Origin: Eledone cirrhosa | Taxonomy: Eukaryota | NCBI GenBank assembly: GCA_964016885.1 | Contig: OZ024741.1 | Coordinates: forward strand, 103,416,001-103,480,000 | Direction: 5' to 3' | DNA: 64,000 nucleotides | Shown here: positions 34,733 through 46,072 of the stretch, one piece after another | Numbering within the stretch: the first letter of the stretch is position 1 | Layout: every line of letters starts with the position of its first letter | Notes under the pieces: model-generated | The model's database searches: none | The model's input: only the letters and a program-made list of their open reading frames with translations | Told to the model about the DNA's origin: nothing | Program-made: the position numbers and the translations under genes

Positions 34733-36484
34733 ATGTTTATCGATATCGTTGATAACGATATCGTCGAAAACGATATCGCCATATTGGAAGCGAACGCCAC
34801 GCCGACCAAAAAAACAAGCGGGAAAGAGGGAACAACAGTTCAAACTGTTGAACAACCCCTCCTCTCCAATGAAAAAAAGAATTTCAATTCAAATGAAAAA
34901 ATTAATTTTCAAGAAAAAAATAACACCACAAATAAGGAAACCAACAACATTACAACAACAAACAAAGACAAAATTTCTTTTGCCCAAACACTCAAGAGAG
35001 CCACGGAGTACAAAGCCATTGACATCACGAACGCCAAGGAAAATTTGCTAGAGGCTAGAAAATACGTATCTTTTGGGGTGGATGGTTCTTTTACGATCAA
35101 CTCCCCAGAAGAAGTGCGTGAACAGATTTACAAGAATACCGTAAGCTTCAGAACCATAACCAACGAAACGAGAAAGCCAGCGCAATTGACCGAAAGTCAA
35201 ATCGAGCTGGTTCTGAAAGAAATTAAAAATGACATACTCTTTATTCAAAGAGGAAAGCTGTATGCCAGCATTATGGTCCGAATGAAGGACGAAATGCTGG
35301 CTCAGAAATATTCGGTGGCACCTATAGTGTCACCACAATACACCTTCTTCCCCACATATAAAGGAAGAAGAACACAAAGGATAAGAATGTGGAGCCCTAC
35401 GCCAGAAATTAACATCTGGTCCGTCCTAACAGGATTTACCGACCTAGATAAGGACATACTAATTTCAGCAGGGGAGTCCACCAGTGGACTGTTCGGGGGG
35501 AAAAGTCTGGAGGTTCTCTTACAGATGACACCTGAGAGAATCTCCGGAATACCCGACCGAGTGCTACTGGATGGGCGAACCTACATAAATATCACAGTGG
35601 AAGGCAGGAGACCCTCATGTTACCACTGCGCTGGCAGAGGTCACCTGAGGACGGCCTGCCCTCTACTAACAACTAAAAAACCACTGCTACAAACACCACA
35701 ACAACAACAAAAACAACCAGCACCACCATCACAAAAACAACAAAATACACTACCATCTCCACCAGAACAACAAAAACCAACAACACCACCACCACCACAA
35801 CAACAACAACATCAACAACAGCTCAAGAAAACAACCCAAAACACGGTCCCACCCAGCCCCACCCCACAGAACACAAATACAAAAACAGTTCATACACAAC
35901 CCGGAGATATACCCCTCCCCTCCAATACGGAAGAGGAGCTCATATCGTCGGAAGACGAGGGGGCTCCCTTCCAAAAAGTGAAAAGAAAAAAACGTACACA
36001 CACCACAACAACAAAAATAACCCCACCTGACAACACAACACAGACAATAAAACGCAAACTCACTCAACAACAACAAGCAAAAACAAACACAACAACACAA
36101 AAACTCTACACATACATAAACAAAAACAATGAAAACCTAACTTTAAAAATAGAAACCAACCCTTCGATACAAACCGAAGGGCCGAATTTCGTAACGGCAA
36201 TGGGGCTCCCTAACCTGAAAATGGTGAAAATCCCACTTGACATTTTTAAAACTTTAAAAGACATGTACCCTGAGGACGTGGGCCCACCCTGCACCAGGCC
36301 ACTCAACCGCGTCCTCCTGAAAGGTTTTCCCCTCCCCTCCTCAAACACCCACACAACTCCAAAGATCCCAACCCCTCCACACACTAATACCCCCACACCA
36401 CCACAAACCACCACCCCACCCATCAACCCCTCCACCAGCCCCATGGAAACTGAGCGACCCGAACCCCGGGATGCAGAGAGGTAA
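34733..36484 (+). CDS. ORF1p (unit 2)
   Basis: As unit 1, with one E>V change. Confidence 0.93.
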   Translation: MFIDIVDNDIVENDIAILEANATPTKKTSGKEGTTVQTVEQPLLSNEKKNFNSNEKINFQEKNNTTNKETNNITTTNKDKISFAQTLKRATEYKAIDITNAKENLLEARKYVSFGVDGSFTINSPEEVREQIYKNTVSFRTITNETRKPAQLTESQIELVLKEIKNDILFIQRGKLYASIMVRMKDEMLAQKYSVAPIVSPQYTFFPTYKGRRTQRIRMWSPTPEINIWSVLTGFTDLDKDILISAGESTSGLFGGKSLEVLLQMTPERISGIPDRVLLDGRTYINITVEGRRPSCYHCAGRGHLRTACPLLTTKKPLLQTPQQQQKQPAPPSQKQQNTLPSPPEQQKPTTPPPPQQQQHQQQLKKTTQNTVPPSPTPQNTNTKTVHTQPGDIPLPSNTEEELISSEDEGAPFQKVKRKKRTHTTTTKITPPDNTTQTIKRKLTQQQQAKTNTTTQKLYTYINKNNENLTLKIETNPSIQTEGPNFVTAMGLPNLKMVKIPLDIFKTLKDMYPEDVGPPCTRPLNRVLLKGFPLPSSNTHTTPKIPTPPHTNTPTPPQTTTPPINPSTSPMETERPEPRDAER

Positions 36485-36507
36485 GTGCCTCTTTCTTTGC
36501 CACCAAC

Positions 36508-39500
36508 ATGGCTGTCTTAAGAGTAGGTTGTCTAAATGCGCGTGGCCTGGGCTCACCTTGGAAGCAAGCTAAACTTCTAAGTGACCTCAGGTCACAATGT
36601 GTAAATGTGATGGTTATTTGCGAGGCCCGGATCAGCAGCATGCGACAGCTAACCCCCACCTTTGATGACTTTGAGATGCACGCATCTCTCTGTCAGCCCG
36701 GAGGTGGGGGTGGGGTTGTCGTTCTGCTGCAAAAACATCTGGGTCTCGCTACACAGACGGTACACTTGGACCCGGAGGGTCGACTCGTGGTTCTGGACCT
36801 TGGCAATGGCGAAGGCGAAGCTTTTAGGCTTGTCGCCGTATACGCCCCTTTTGGGGCAATGCGGTCGGACTTCTTCCATCGTCTGGAGACTTTTCTAGGG
36901 ACGTCCCGCTCCTTGCTTTTAGTGGGGGACTGGAATGGTATCCTAGATGCACGTTGGGACTATGTAGGGGCATGTCCCGATAGAGGGGGGTGTAACAGCC
37001 TTAAGGGGTTAATCGGCCGATTCGACCTGGCCGATAGATACCGACTAGATTTTCCGACTGTACCAACCTGGACCTGGTCAAATAACAGTGGTCAATCTAG
37101 ATCGTACCTAGATAGGTTCTTAGTTAGAATTAAGGATAGGGACTTTTTAAGTTGTCCAGAAATGCTCATGGTGGGCTATTCAGACCACAAGTTAGTGACC
37201 TGCGTAGTCCACCTTGATAGAACGCATAGGCAGGGGCCCGGTTACTGGAAGCTCAACTTGTCCTTACCGGCAAGTAGAGCTTACAGGGACCGGATTAGAA
37301 CCTTAGTTAAGGAGCAGTTGACGGGCGCCATCGTCAACAACAGGTGGTGGGGCTCTCTAAAAAGAGAGATTAGAGTAGTTTCAATAGGAGTTAGTAAGGA
37401 GTTAGCCTCAGATAGAAATAGGAAGGAAAGGGAGTTGGTAGTTAATGTTGAAGAGGCAATGAGAAGCGGCAACGTGGCCAGAGTGCAAGCGTCGAGAACG
37501 GTCTTGAACCAGTTCTTCGACGCGAAACACGAAGGCTGCGTTGTCCGAAGCAAAATACGTGCTCTGGGAAACGAGGGGACCAAAGCTGTTAGCTGGGCCC
37601 GCGTGACAGAAGCGAAAAGTGGGATTAAATCCACTATCCGGTCTTTGCGAGACCAGGATGGACGGCTGATCCTTGAACCTAAGCAAATGTGCGAGGCCTT
37701 TCAAAGGCACTTTGCCCAATTGTTCGGGAGGGGCGGGGAGCCGGTTGGAGATGTGGATTTCGGTCCATACCTCGACGGCCTGCCGCGTCTTTCGGACAGG
37801 GAGGCGAGGTCCTGCGACGGGCCGATCTCAGCTGCTGAAATAGGGGACGTGCTGAGCCTATGCGGCAAACGCAAATCTCCAGGACTCGATGGTCTGCCCT
37901 ACGAACTATATATTAATATGCCGGACTTGTTCCCCGATCTCCTCGAGGCGGTCTACTGCAACTGGCAACAGAACGGGAGAATTCCCTGTTCTGTGACCAA
38001 GGGCGTAGTCTCGCTAGTGAGGAAGGACGAGAACAAGGGGGATGACATTAGTAATTTTAGGCCCATAACTCTGCTAAATGCAGAGTTAAAGATTTTGGCG
38101 AAGGTGTTAGCGAAGAGGTTGGCGCTTGTCGTGGGGGGCCTGGTGGGAGATGCGCAGACATGCGCTATCCCGTCCAGGTCCATCCACGACAACCTCCACC
38201 TCATGCGATACATCATAGAGAGGGTTGGGAACGAACCCGGCTTTGGTGGGGCCCTGATAAATTTAGATCAGTCTAAAGCGTTCGATAGGGTGGACCATGG
38301 TTACCTGGATGCGGTGCTAGCGGCGGCTGGGTTCGGACCCGTTTTCAGGGGCTGGATCACTGCCATGCACAGCAGCCGCATCTGCTCTAGAATCAAGGTG
38401 AACGGCTACCTTTCGGAGCCGTTCGAAATCACCCGCTCCATCCGACAGGGGTGCCCTCTCTCCTCCCTTCTGTATGTATTGACTCTCGAGCCATTACTGC
38501 GGAAGTTGGAGTTGTTGCAGGGCATCCCTTTGGAACCGGGATTGCGCAAAGCGGTGTCGGCCTACGCCGATGACGTAACAGTAATGGTGTCGACCGCCTC
38601 GGAAATCGAGGCAATCGGCACCTTACTAGAGGAGTACGAAAGGTTGACAGGGGCTAAGCTGAACCGGGACAAGTCAGTCGCTTTGCAACTCGGCGAGTGG
38701 AGGGGCAAAGCGATGTCGTGCGACGGTATCGTCGGACGGTGGACGGAGGGCCCGGTGAAGTTGCTTGGGGTCTGGTTCGGACCGGACCTCCAGGTGGAGA
38801 AAAACTGGGGTGAGGTGACGAATAGGGTGTTTGCACTGACCCAGAAGTGGGCTGAGTGCAAACTATCCCTAAAAGGTCGGGCGGAGGTGGCGAACGCTTA
38901 CATAGCGTCCGTCATCTATTACCGCTTGACTGTCGTACCTTGCCCGGGTGAGATCCTCGCCAAAATGGAGCGCGCCCTCTTTTATTTCCTTTGGAAGAAG
39001 AGGTCTCCTCTAGTGAGGAGATCCATCTGCTGTCAACACCCTTTGAAAGGAGGGCTGGGGATGCCGTGGCTAAAAATGCGTAAACACGCATTGAGGCTAA
39101 GGCACCTCCACGTATTCCTCACCGGTCAACCGGTGTGGGCCCCGTTTGTGAGGCGAGCCTTCCCGAGGCTCGTCTCGCTCACCGAGCTGCAGTCCTGGGT
39201 GAAGCAAAGACCGAGAAAACTGGGCGACTGGCACACCGAGTGTGCCCAGGCGCTCACGGCTCTCTGGCAGGCGGACCCGGCTATCGACGGAGACTCCACC
39301 TCGTCATTCTATAGAGGGCTGGTGGTTAGCGGGTGCGACGACGCCCTCGGAGAAGCCCTAGGCATGGAGGAGGACGAACTGGCCAGTCTATTCGGTAGGA
39401 CTTTCGGCCCGGGACCTATGGACAACTTCCAGAAGTCCTTGGCCTGGCAGTGCTACCGAGGGGCTCTGCCCGTTCGGGATAAGCTCTACAGACACGGGCG

Positions 39501-39945
39501 CCCGGGTAGGGACCCCTCGAAAAAGATCTGTCCCAGATGCGTGCGCGACGAGGAAACCGTCGCGCACGCATTGGTGCACTGCCCGGGCGTTGCCGATCTG
39601 TGGGGCTATGTCGAACAACTGCTGTCACGGGTGGGACCAATTAGGTTGACCACCGAGTCCATTGTAACGATCAAGCCGCCTCCCCCCTTCAAAAATGAAG
39701 GAGAGGCGGTCTTCCTCTGTGTAATAGCCATGGTAAAAGAGGCTATATGGTGGACGCGTCTGAAAGGGCTGAGGTCGGACACCTTTCTCTCCGGCCAACA
39801 ACTGGTCCTTTTTTTCCGATACCATTTCGGAAGAAGGATCAGGATGGAGAGAGAGGTGCTCCACTCCAGCCAGTTTTATGAAAGGTGGGTGAAAGTTGCG
39901 AGAATGGCCCGTGTGAATGGGCCTTCTCTCTACCTCAGCCTGTAG
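36508..39945 (+). CDS. ORF2p APE-RT (unit 2)
   Basis: As unit 1, with one A>T change. Confidence 0.97.
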   Translation: MAVLRVGCLNARGLGSPWKQAKLLSDLRSQCVNVMVICEARISSMRQLTPTFDDFEMHASLCQPGGGGGVVVLLQKHLGLATQTVHLDPEGRLVVLDLGNGEGEAFRLVAVYAPFGAMRSDFFHRLETFLGTSRSLLLVGDWNGILDARWDYVGACPDRGGCNSLKGLIGRFDLADRYRLDFPTVPTWTWSNNSGQSRSYLDRFLVRIKDRDFLSCPEMLMVGYSDHKLVTCVVHLDRTHRQGPGYWKLNLSLPASRAYRDRIRTLVKEQLTGAIVNNRWWGSLKREIRVVSIGVSKELASDRNRKERELVVNVEEAMRSGNVARVQASRTVLNQFFDAKHEGCVVRSKIRALGNEGTKAVSWARVTEAKSGIKSTIRSLRDQDGRLILEPKQMCEAFQRHFAQLFGRGGEPVGDVDFGPYLDGLPRLSDREARSCDGPISAAEIGDVLSLCGKRKSPGLDGLPYELYINMPDLFPDLLEAVYCNWQQNGRIPCSVTKGVVSLVRKDENKGDDISNFRPITLLNAELKILAKVLAKRLALVVGGLVGDAQTCAIPSRSIHDNLHLMRYIIERVGNEPGFGGALINLDQSKAFDRVDHGYLDAVLAAAGFGPVFRGWITAMHSSRICSRIKVNGYLSEPFEITRSIRQGCPLSSLLYVLTLEPLLRKLELLQGIPLEPGLRKAVSAYADDVTVMVSTASEIEAIGTLLEEYERLTGAKLNRDKSVALQLGEWRGKAMSCDGIVGRWTEGPVKLLGVWFGPDLQVEKNWGEVTNRVFALTQKWAECKLSLKGRAEVANAYIASVIYYRLTVVPCPGEILAKMERALFYFLWKKRSPLVRRSICCQHPLKGGLGMPWLKMRKHALRLRHLHVFLTGQPVWAPFVRRAFPRLVSLTELQSWVKQRPRKLGDWHTECAQALTALWQADPAIDGDSTSSFYRGLVVSGCDDALGEALGMEEDELASLFGRTFGPGPMDNFQKSLAWQCYRGALPVRDKLYRHGRPGRDPSKKICPRCVRDEETVAHALVHCPGVADLWGYVEQLLSRVGPIRLTTESIVTIKPPPPFKNEGEAVFLCVIAMVKEAIWWTRLKGLRSDTFLSGQQLVLFFRYHFGRRIRMEREVLHSSQFYERWVKVARMARVNGPSLYLSL

Positions 39946-40402
39946 GTGGAACAGAAAGAAGGGAGCACTCTCTCTTTGTGCTCCCGTGGAGAAGGGTCGC
40001 ACACTTTTTTTTCGGGGGTGTGTGTGACCCCAAAACGATCCCTCCCTATTGAGGACCTTCTTGTTATTATTCTGTTTGTTATATTTTTCTTACTCGATTT
40101 TTATGTAAACTCCCCCCACCCATGTAAATGTCCCTTTCTTTTGTGCCCTAGTGGCAAATAAACAGAAATTAGTCTGTCAGTCTATCAGTCTATCAGTCTG
40201 TCAGTCTGTCAGTCTATCAGTCTGTCTGAGGATAGTAGACGTGTGTCATATCGCTCTGTGATTTGGATTTTTACCTGCTAATTTTGTGAGTGGATTTTTT
40301 TGAATTATTTTGTATAATTAACTGTAACCCCTAGTCTGGGACTCTAGACGTCGGGTAAATATATTTTCACCCCTTTTGGGGTGAAAAATAAATATTTGAG
40401 AA

Positions 40403-42154
40403 ATGTTTATCGATATCGTTGATAACGATATCGTCGAAAACGATATCGCCATATTGGAAGCGAACGCCACGCCGACCAAAAAAACAAGCGGGAAAGAGGG
40501 AACAACAGTTCAAACTGTTGAACAACCCCTCCTCTCCAATGAAAAAAAGAATTTCAATTCAAATGAAAAAATTAATTTTCAAGAAAAAAATAACACCACA
40601 AATAAGGAAACCAACAACATTACAACAACAAACAAAGACAAAATTTCTTTTGCCCAAACACTCAAGAGAGCCACGGAGTACAAAGCCATTGACATCACGA
40701 ACGCCAAGGAAAATTTGCTAGAGGCTAGAAAATACGTATCTTTTGGGGTGGATGGTTCTTTTACGATCAACTCCCCAGAAGAAGTGCGTGAACAGATTTA
40801 CAAGAATACCGTAAGCTTCAGAACCATAACCAACGAAACGAGAAAGCCAGCGCAATTGACCGAAAGTCAAATCGAGCTGGTTCTGAAAGAAATTAAAAAT
40901 GACATACTCTTTATTCAAAGAGGAAAGCTGTATGCCAGCATTATGGTCCGAATGAAGGACGAAATGCTGGCTCAGAAATATTCGGTGGCACCTATAGTGT
41001 CACCACAATACACCTTCTTCCCCACATATAAAGGAAGAAGAACACAAAGGATAAGAATGTGGAGCCCTACGCCAGAAATTAACATCTGGTCCGTCCTAAC
41101 AGGATTTACCGACCTAGATAAGGACATACTAATTTCAGCAGGGGAGTCCACCAGTGGACTGTTCGGGGGGAAAAGTCTGGAGGTTCTCTTACAGATGACA
41201 CCTGAGAGAATCTCCGGAATACCCGACCGAGTGCTACTGGATGGGCGAACCTACATAAATATCACAGTGGAAGGCAGGAGACCCTCATGTTACCACTGCG
41301 CTGGCAGAGGTCACCTGAGGACGGCCTGCCCTCTACTAACAACTAAAAAACCACTGCTACAAACACCACAACAACAACAAAAACAACCAGCACCACCATC
41401 ACAAAAACAACAAAATACACTACCATCTCCACCAGAACAACAAAAACCAACAACACCACCACCACCACAACAACAACAACATCAACAACAGCTCAAGAAA
41501 ACAACCCAAAACACGGTCCCACCCAGCCCCACCCCACAGAACACAAATACAAAAACAGTTCATACACAACCCGGAGATATACCCCTCCCCTCCAATACGG
41601 AAGAGGAGCTCATATCGTCGGAAGACGAGGGGGCTCCCTTCCAAAAAGTGAAAAGAAAAAAACGTACACACACCACAACAACAAAAATAACCCCACCTGA
41701 CAACACAACACAGACAATAAAACGCAAACTCACTCAACAACAACAAGCAAAAACAAACACAACAACACAAAAACTCTACACATACATAAACAAAAACAAT
41801 GAAAACCTAACTTTAAAAATAGAAACCAACCCTTCGATACAAACCGAAGGGCCGAATTTCGTAACGGCAATGGGGCTCCCTAACCTGAAAATGGTGAAAA
41901 TCCCACTTGACATTTTTAAAACTTTAAAAGACATGTACCCTGAGGACGTGGGCCCACCCTGCACCAGGCCACTCAACCGCGTCCTCCTGAAAGGTTTTCC
42001 CCTCCCCTCCTCAAACACCCACACAACTCCAAAGATCCCAACCCCTCCACACACCAATACCCCCACACCACCACAAACCACCACCCCACCCATCAACCCC
42101 GCCACCAGCCCCATGGAAACTGAGCGACCCGAACCCCGGGACGCAGAGAGGTAA
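40403..42154 (+). CDS. ORF1p (unit 3)
   Basis: As unit 2, with S>A near the C-terminus. Confidence 0.93.
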   Translation: MFIDIVDNDIVENDIAILEANATPTKKTSGKEGTTVQTVEQPLLSNEKKNFNSNEKINFQEKNNTTNKETNNITTTNKDKISFAQTLKRATEYKAIDITNAKENLLEARKYVSFGVDGSFTINSPEEVREQIYKNTVSFRTITNETRKPAQLTESQIELVLKEIKNDILFIQRGKLYASIMVRMKDEMLAQKYSVAPIVSPQYTFFPTYKGRRTQRIRMWSPTPEINIWSVLTGFTDLDKDILISAGESTSGLFGGKSLEVLLQMTPERISGIPDRVLLDGRTYINITVEGRRPSCYHCAGRGHLRTACPLLTTKKPLLQTPQQQQKQPAPPSQKQQNTLPSPPEQQKPTTPPPPQQQQHQQQLKKTTQNTVPPSPTPQNTNTKTVHTQPGDIPLPSNTEEELISSEDEGAPFQKVKRKKRTHTTTTKITPPDNTTQTIKRKLTQQQQAKTNTTTQKLYTYINKNNENLTLKIETNPSIQTEGPNFVTAMGLPNLKMVKIPLDIFKTLKDMYPEDVGPPCTRPLNRVLLKGFPLPSSNTHTTPKIPTPPHTNTPTPPQTTTPPINPATSPMETERPEPRDAER

Positions 42155-42177
42155 GTGCCTCTTTCTTTGCCACCAAC

Positions 42178-45100
42178 ATGGCTGTCTTAAGAGTGGGTTG
42201 TCTAAATGCGCGTGGCCTGGGCTCACCTTGGAAGCAAGCTAAACTTCTAAGTGACCTCAGGTCACAATGTGTAAATGTGATGGTTATTTGCGAGGCCCGG
42301 ATCAGCAGCATGCGACAGCTAACCCCCACCTTTGATGACTTTGAGATGCACGCATCTCTCTGTCAGCCCGGAGGTGGGGGTGGGGTTGTCGTTCTGCTGC
42401 AAAAACATCTGGGTCTCGCTACACAGACGGTACACTTGGACCCGGAGGGTCGACTCGTGGTTCTGGACCTTGGCAATGGCGAAGGCGAAGCTTTTAGGCT
42501 TGTCGCCGTATACGCCCCTTTTGGGGCAATGCGGTCGGACTTCTTCCATCGTCTGGAGACTTTTCTAGGGACGTCCCGCTCCTTGCTTTTAGTGGGGGAC
42601 TGGAATGGTATCCTAGATGCACGTTGGGACTATGTAGGGGCATGTCCCGATAGAGGGGGGTGTAACAGCCTTAAGGGGTTAATCGGCCGATTCGACCTGG
42701 CCGATAGATACCGACTAGATTTTCCGACTGTACCAACCTGGACCTGGTCAAATAACAGTGGTCAATCTAGATCGTACCTAGATAGGTTCTTAGTTAGAAT
42801 TAAGGATAGGGACTTTTTAAGTTGTCCAGAAATGCTCATGGTGGGCTATTCAGACCACAAGTTAGTGACCTGCGTAGTCCACCTTGATAGAACGCATAGG
42901 CAGGGGCCCGGTTACTGGAAGCTCAACTTGTCCTTACCGGCAAGTAGAGCTTACAGGGACCGGATTAGAACCTTAGTTAAGGAGCAGTTGACGGGCGCCA
43001 TCGTCAACAACAGGTGGTGGGGCTCTCTAAAAAGAGAGATTAGAGTAGTTTCAATAGGAGTTAGTAAGGAGTTAGCCTCAGATAGAAATAGGAAGGAAAG
43101 GGAGTTGGTAGTTAATGTTGAAGAGGCAATGAGAAGCGGCAACGTGGCCAGAGTGCAAGCGTCGAGAACGGTCTTGAACCAGTTCTTCGACGCGAAACAC
43201 GAAGGCTGCGTTGTCCGAAGCAAAATACGTGCTCTGGGAAACGAGGGGACCAAAGCTGTTAGCTGGGCCCGCGTGACAGAAGCGAAAAGTGGGATTAAAT
43301 CCACTATCCGGTCTTTGCGAGACCAGGATGGACGGCTGATCCTTGAACCTAAGCAAATGTGCGAGGCCTTTCAAAGGCACTTTGCCCAATTGTTCGGGAG
43401 GGGCGGGGAGCCGGTTGGAGATGTGGATTTCGGTCCATACCTCGACGGCCTGCCGCGTCTTTCGGACAGGGAGGCGAGGTCCTGCGACGGGCCGATCTCA
43501 GCTGCTGAAATAGGGGACGTGCTGAGCCTATGCGGCAAACGCAAATCTCCAGGACTCGATGGTCTGCCCTACGAACTATATATTAATATGCCGGACTTGT
43601 TCCCCGATCTCCTCGAGGCGGTCTACTGCAACTGGCAACAGAACGGGAGAATTCCCTGTTCTGTGACCAAGGGCGTAGTCTCGCTAGTGAGGAAGGACGA
43701 GAACAAGGGGGATGACATTAGTAATTTTAGGCCCATAACTCTGCTAAATGCAGAGTTAAAGATTTTGGCGAAGGTGTTAGCGAAGAGGTTGGCGCTTGTC
43801 GTGGGGGGCCTGGTGGGAGATGCGCAGACATGCGCTATCCCGTCCAGGTCCATCCACGACAACCTCCACCTCATGCGATACATCATAGAGAGGGTTGGGA
43901 ACGAACCCGGCTTTGGTGGGGCCCTGATAAATTTAGATCAGTCTAAAGCGTTCGATAGGGTGGACCATGGTTACCTGGATGCGGTGCTAGCGGCGGCTGG
44001 GTTCGGACCCGTTTTCAGGGGCTGGATCACTGCCATGCACAGCAGCCGCATCTGCTCTAGAATCAAGGTGAACGGCTACCTTTCGGAGCCGTTCGAAATC
44101 ACCCGCTCCATCCGACAGGGGTGCCCTCTCTCCTCCCTTCTGTATGTATTGACTCTCGAGCCATTACTGCGGAAGTTGGAGTTGTTGCAGGGCATCCCTT
44201 TGGAACCGGGATTGCGCAAAGCGGTGTCGGCCTACGCCGATGACGTAACAGTAATGGTGTCGACCGCCTCGGAAATCGAGGCAATCGGCACCTTACTAGA
44301 GGAGTACGAAAGGTTGACAGGGGCTAAGCTGAACCGGGACAAGTCAGTCGCTTTGCAACTCGGCGAGTGGAGGGGCAAAGCGATGTCGTGCGACGGTATC
44401 GTCGGACGGTGGACGGAGGGCCCGGTGAAGTTGCTTGGGGTCTGGTTCGGACCGGACCTCCAGGTGGAGAAAAACTGGGGTGAGGTGACGAATAGGGTGT
44501 TTGCACTGACCCAGAAGTGGGCTGAGTGCAAACTATCCCTAAAAGGTCGGGCGGAGGTGGCGAACGCTTACATAGCGTCCGTCATCTATTACCGCTTGAC
44601 TGTCGTACCTTGCCCGGGTGAGATCCTCGCCAAAATGGAGCGCGCCCTCTTTTATTTCCTTTGGAAGAAGAGGTCTCCTCTAGTGAGGAGATCCATCTGC
44701 TGTCAACACCCTTTGAAAGGAGGGCTGGGGATGCCGTGGCTAAAAATGCGTAAACACGCATTGAGGCTAAGGCACCTCCACGTATTCCTCACCGGTCAAC
44801 CGGTGTGGGCCCCGTTTGTGAGGCGAGCCTTCCCGAGGCTCGTCTCGCTCACCGAGCTGCAGTCCTGGGTGAAGCAAAGACCGAGAAAACTGGGCGACTG
44901 GCACACCGAGTGTGCCCAGGCGCTCACGGCTCTCTGGCAGGCGGACCCGGCTATCGACGGAGACTCCACCTCGTCATTCTATAGAGGGCTGGTGGTTAGC
45001 GGGTGCGACGACGCCCTCGGAGAAGCCCTAGGCATGGAGGAGGACGAACTGGCCAGTCTATTCGGTAGGACTTTCGGCCCGGGACCTATGGACAACTTCC

Positions 45101-45615
45101 AGAAGTCCTTGGCCTGGCAGTGCTACCGAGGGGCTCTGCCCGTTCGGGATAAGCTCTACAGACACGGGCGCCCGGGTAGGGACCCCTCGAAAAAGATCTG
45201 TCCCAGATGCGTGCGCGACGAGGAAACCGTCGCGCACGCATTGGTGCACTGCCCGGGCGTTGCCGATCTGTGGGGCTATGTCGAACAACTGCTGTCACGG
45301 GTGGGACCAATTAGGTTGACCACCGAGTCCATTGTAACGATCAAGCCGCCTCCCCCCTTCAAAAATGAAGGAGAGGCGGTCTTCCTCTGTGTAATAGCCA
45401 TGGTAAAAGAGGCTATATGGTGGACGCGTCTGAAAGGGCTGAGGTCGGACACCTTTCTCTCCGGCCAACAACTGGTCCTTTTTTTCCGATACCATTTCGG
45501 AAGAAGGATCAGGATGGAGAGAGAGGTGCTCCACTCCAGCCAGTTTTATGAAAGGTGGGTGAAAGTTGCGAGAATGGCCCGTGTGAATGGGCCTTCTCTC
45601 TACCTCAGCCTGTAG
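42178..45615 (+). CDS. ORF2p APE-RT (unit 3)
   Basis: Same protein as unit 2. Confidence 0.97.
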   Translation: MAVLRVGCLNARGLGSPWKQAKLLSDLRSQCVNVMVICEARISSMRQLTPTFDDFEMHASLCQPGGGGGVVVLLQKHLGLATQTVHLDPEGRLVVLDLGNGEGEAFRLVAVYAPFGAMRSDFFHRLETFLGTSRSLLLVGDWNGILDARWDYVGACPDRGGCNSLKGLIGRFDLADRYRLDFPTVPTWTWSNNSGQSRSYLDRFLVRIKDRDFLSCPEMLMVGYSDHKLVTCVVHLDRTHRQGPGYWKLNLSLPASRAYRDRIRTLVKEQLTGAIVNNRWWGSLKREIRVVSIGVSKELASDRNRKERELVVNVEEAMRSGNVARVQASRTVLNQFFDAKHEGCVVRSKIRALGNEGTKAVSWARVTEAKSGIKSTIRSLRDQDGRLILEPKQMCEAFQRHFAQLFGRGGEPVGDVDFGPYLDGLPRLSDREARSCDGPISAAEIGDVLSLCGKRKSPGLDGLPYELYINMPDLFPDLLEAVYCNWQQNGRIPCSVTKGVVSLVRKDENKGDDISNFRPITLLNAELKILAKVLAKRLALVVGGLVGDAQTCAIPSRSIHDNLHLMRYIIERVGNEPGFGGALINLDQSKAFDRVDHGYLDAVLAAAGFGPVFRGWITAMHSSRICSRIKVNGYLSEPFEITRSIRQGCPLSSLLYVLTLEPLLRKLELLQGIPLEPGLRKAVSAYADDVTVMVSTASEIEAIGTLLEEYERLTGAKLNRDKSVALQLGEWRGKAMSCDGIVGRWTEGPVKLLGVWFGPDLQVEKNWGEVTNRVFALTQKWAECKLSLKGRAEVANAYIASVIYYRLTVVPCPGEILAKMERALFYFLWKKRSPLVRRSICCQHPLKGGLGMPWLKMRKHALRLRHLHVFLTGQPVWAPFVRRAFPRLVSLTELQSWVKQRPRKLGDWHTECAQALTALWQADPAIDGDSTSSFYRGLVVSGCDDALGEALGMEEDELASLFGRTFGPGPMDNFQKSLAWQCYRGALPVRDKLYRHGRPGRDPSKKICPRCVRDEETVAHALVHCPGVADLWGYVEQLLSRVGPIRLTTESIVTIKPPPPFKNEGEAVFLCVIAMVKEAIWWTRLKGLRSDTFLSGQQLVLFFRYHFGRRIRMEREVLHSSQFYERWVKVARMARVNGPSLYLSL

Positions 45616-46072
45616 GTGGAACAGAAAGAAGGGAGCACTCTCTCTTTGTGCTCCCGTGGAGAAGGGTCGCACACTTTTTTTTCGGGGGTGTGTGTGACCC
45701 CAAAACGATCCCTCCCTATTGAGGACCTTCTTGTTATTATTCTGTTTGTTATATTTTTCTTACTCGATTTTTATGTAAACTCCCCCCACCCATGTAAATG
45801 TCCCTTTCTTTTGTGCCCTAGTGGCAAATAAACAGAAATTAGTCTGTCAGTCTATCAGTCTATCAGTCTGTCAGTCTGTCAGTCTATCAGTCTGTCTGAG
45901 GATAGTAGACGTGTGTCATATCGCTCTGTGATTTGGATTTTTACCTGCTAATTTTGTGAGTGGATTTTTTTGAATTATTTTGTATAATTAACTGTAACCC
46001 CTAGTCTGGGACTCTAGACGTCGGGTAAATATATTTTCACCCCTTTTGGGGTGAAAAATAAATATTTGAGAA

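Larger units (their letters stand above)
34558..40170 (+). mobile_element. Array unit 2, intact
   Basis: Repeat of unit 1 at offset 5646. Confidence 0.97.
40228..45840 (+). mobile_element. Array unit 3, intact
   Basis: Offset 5670 from unit 2. Confidence 0.97.
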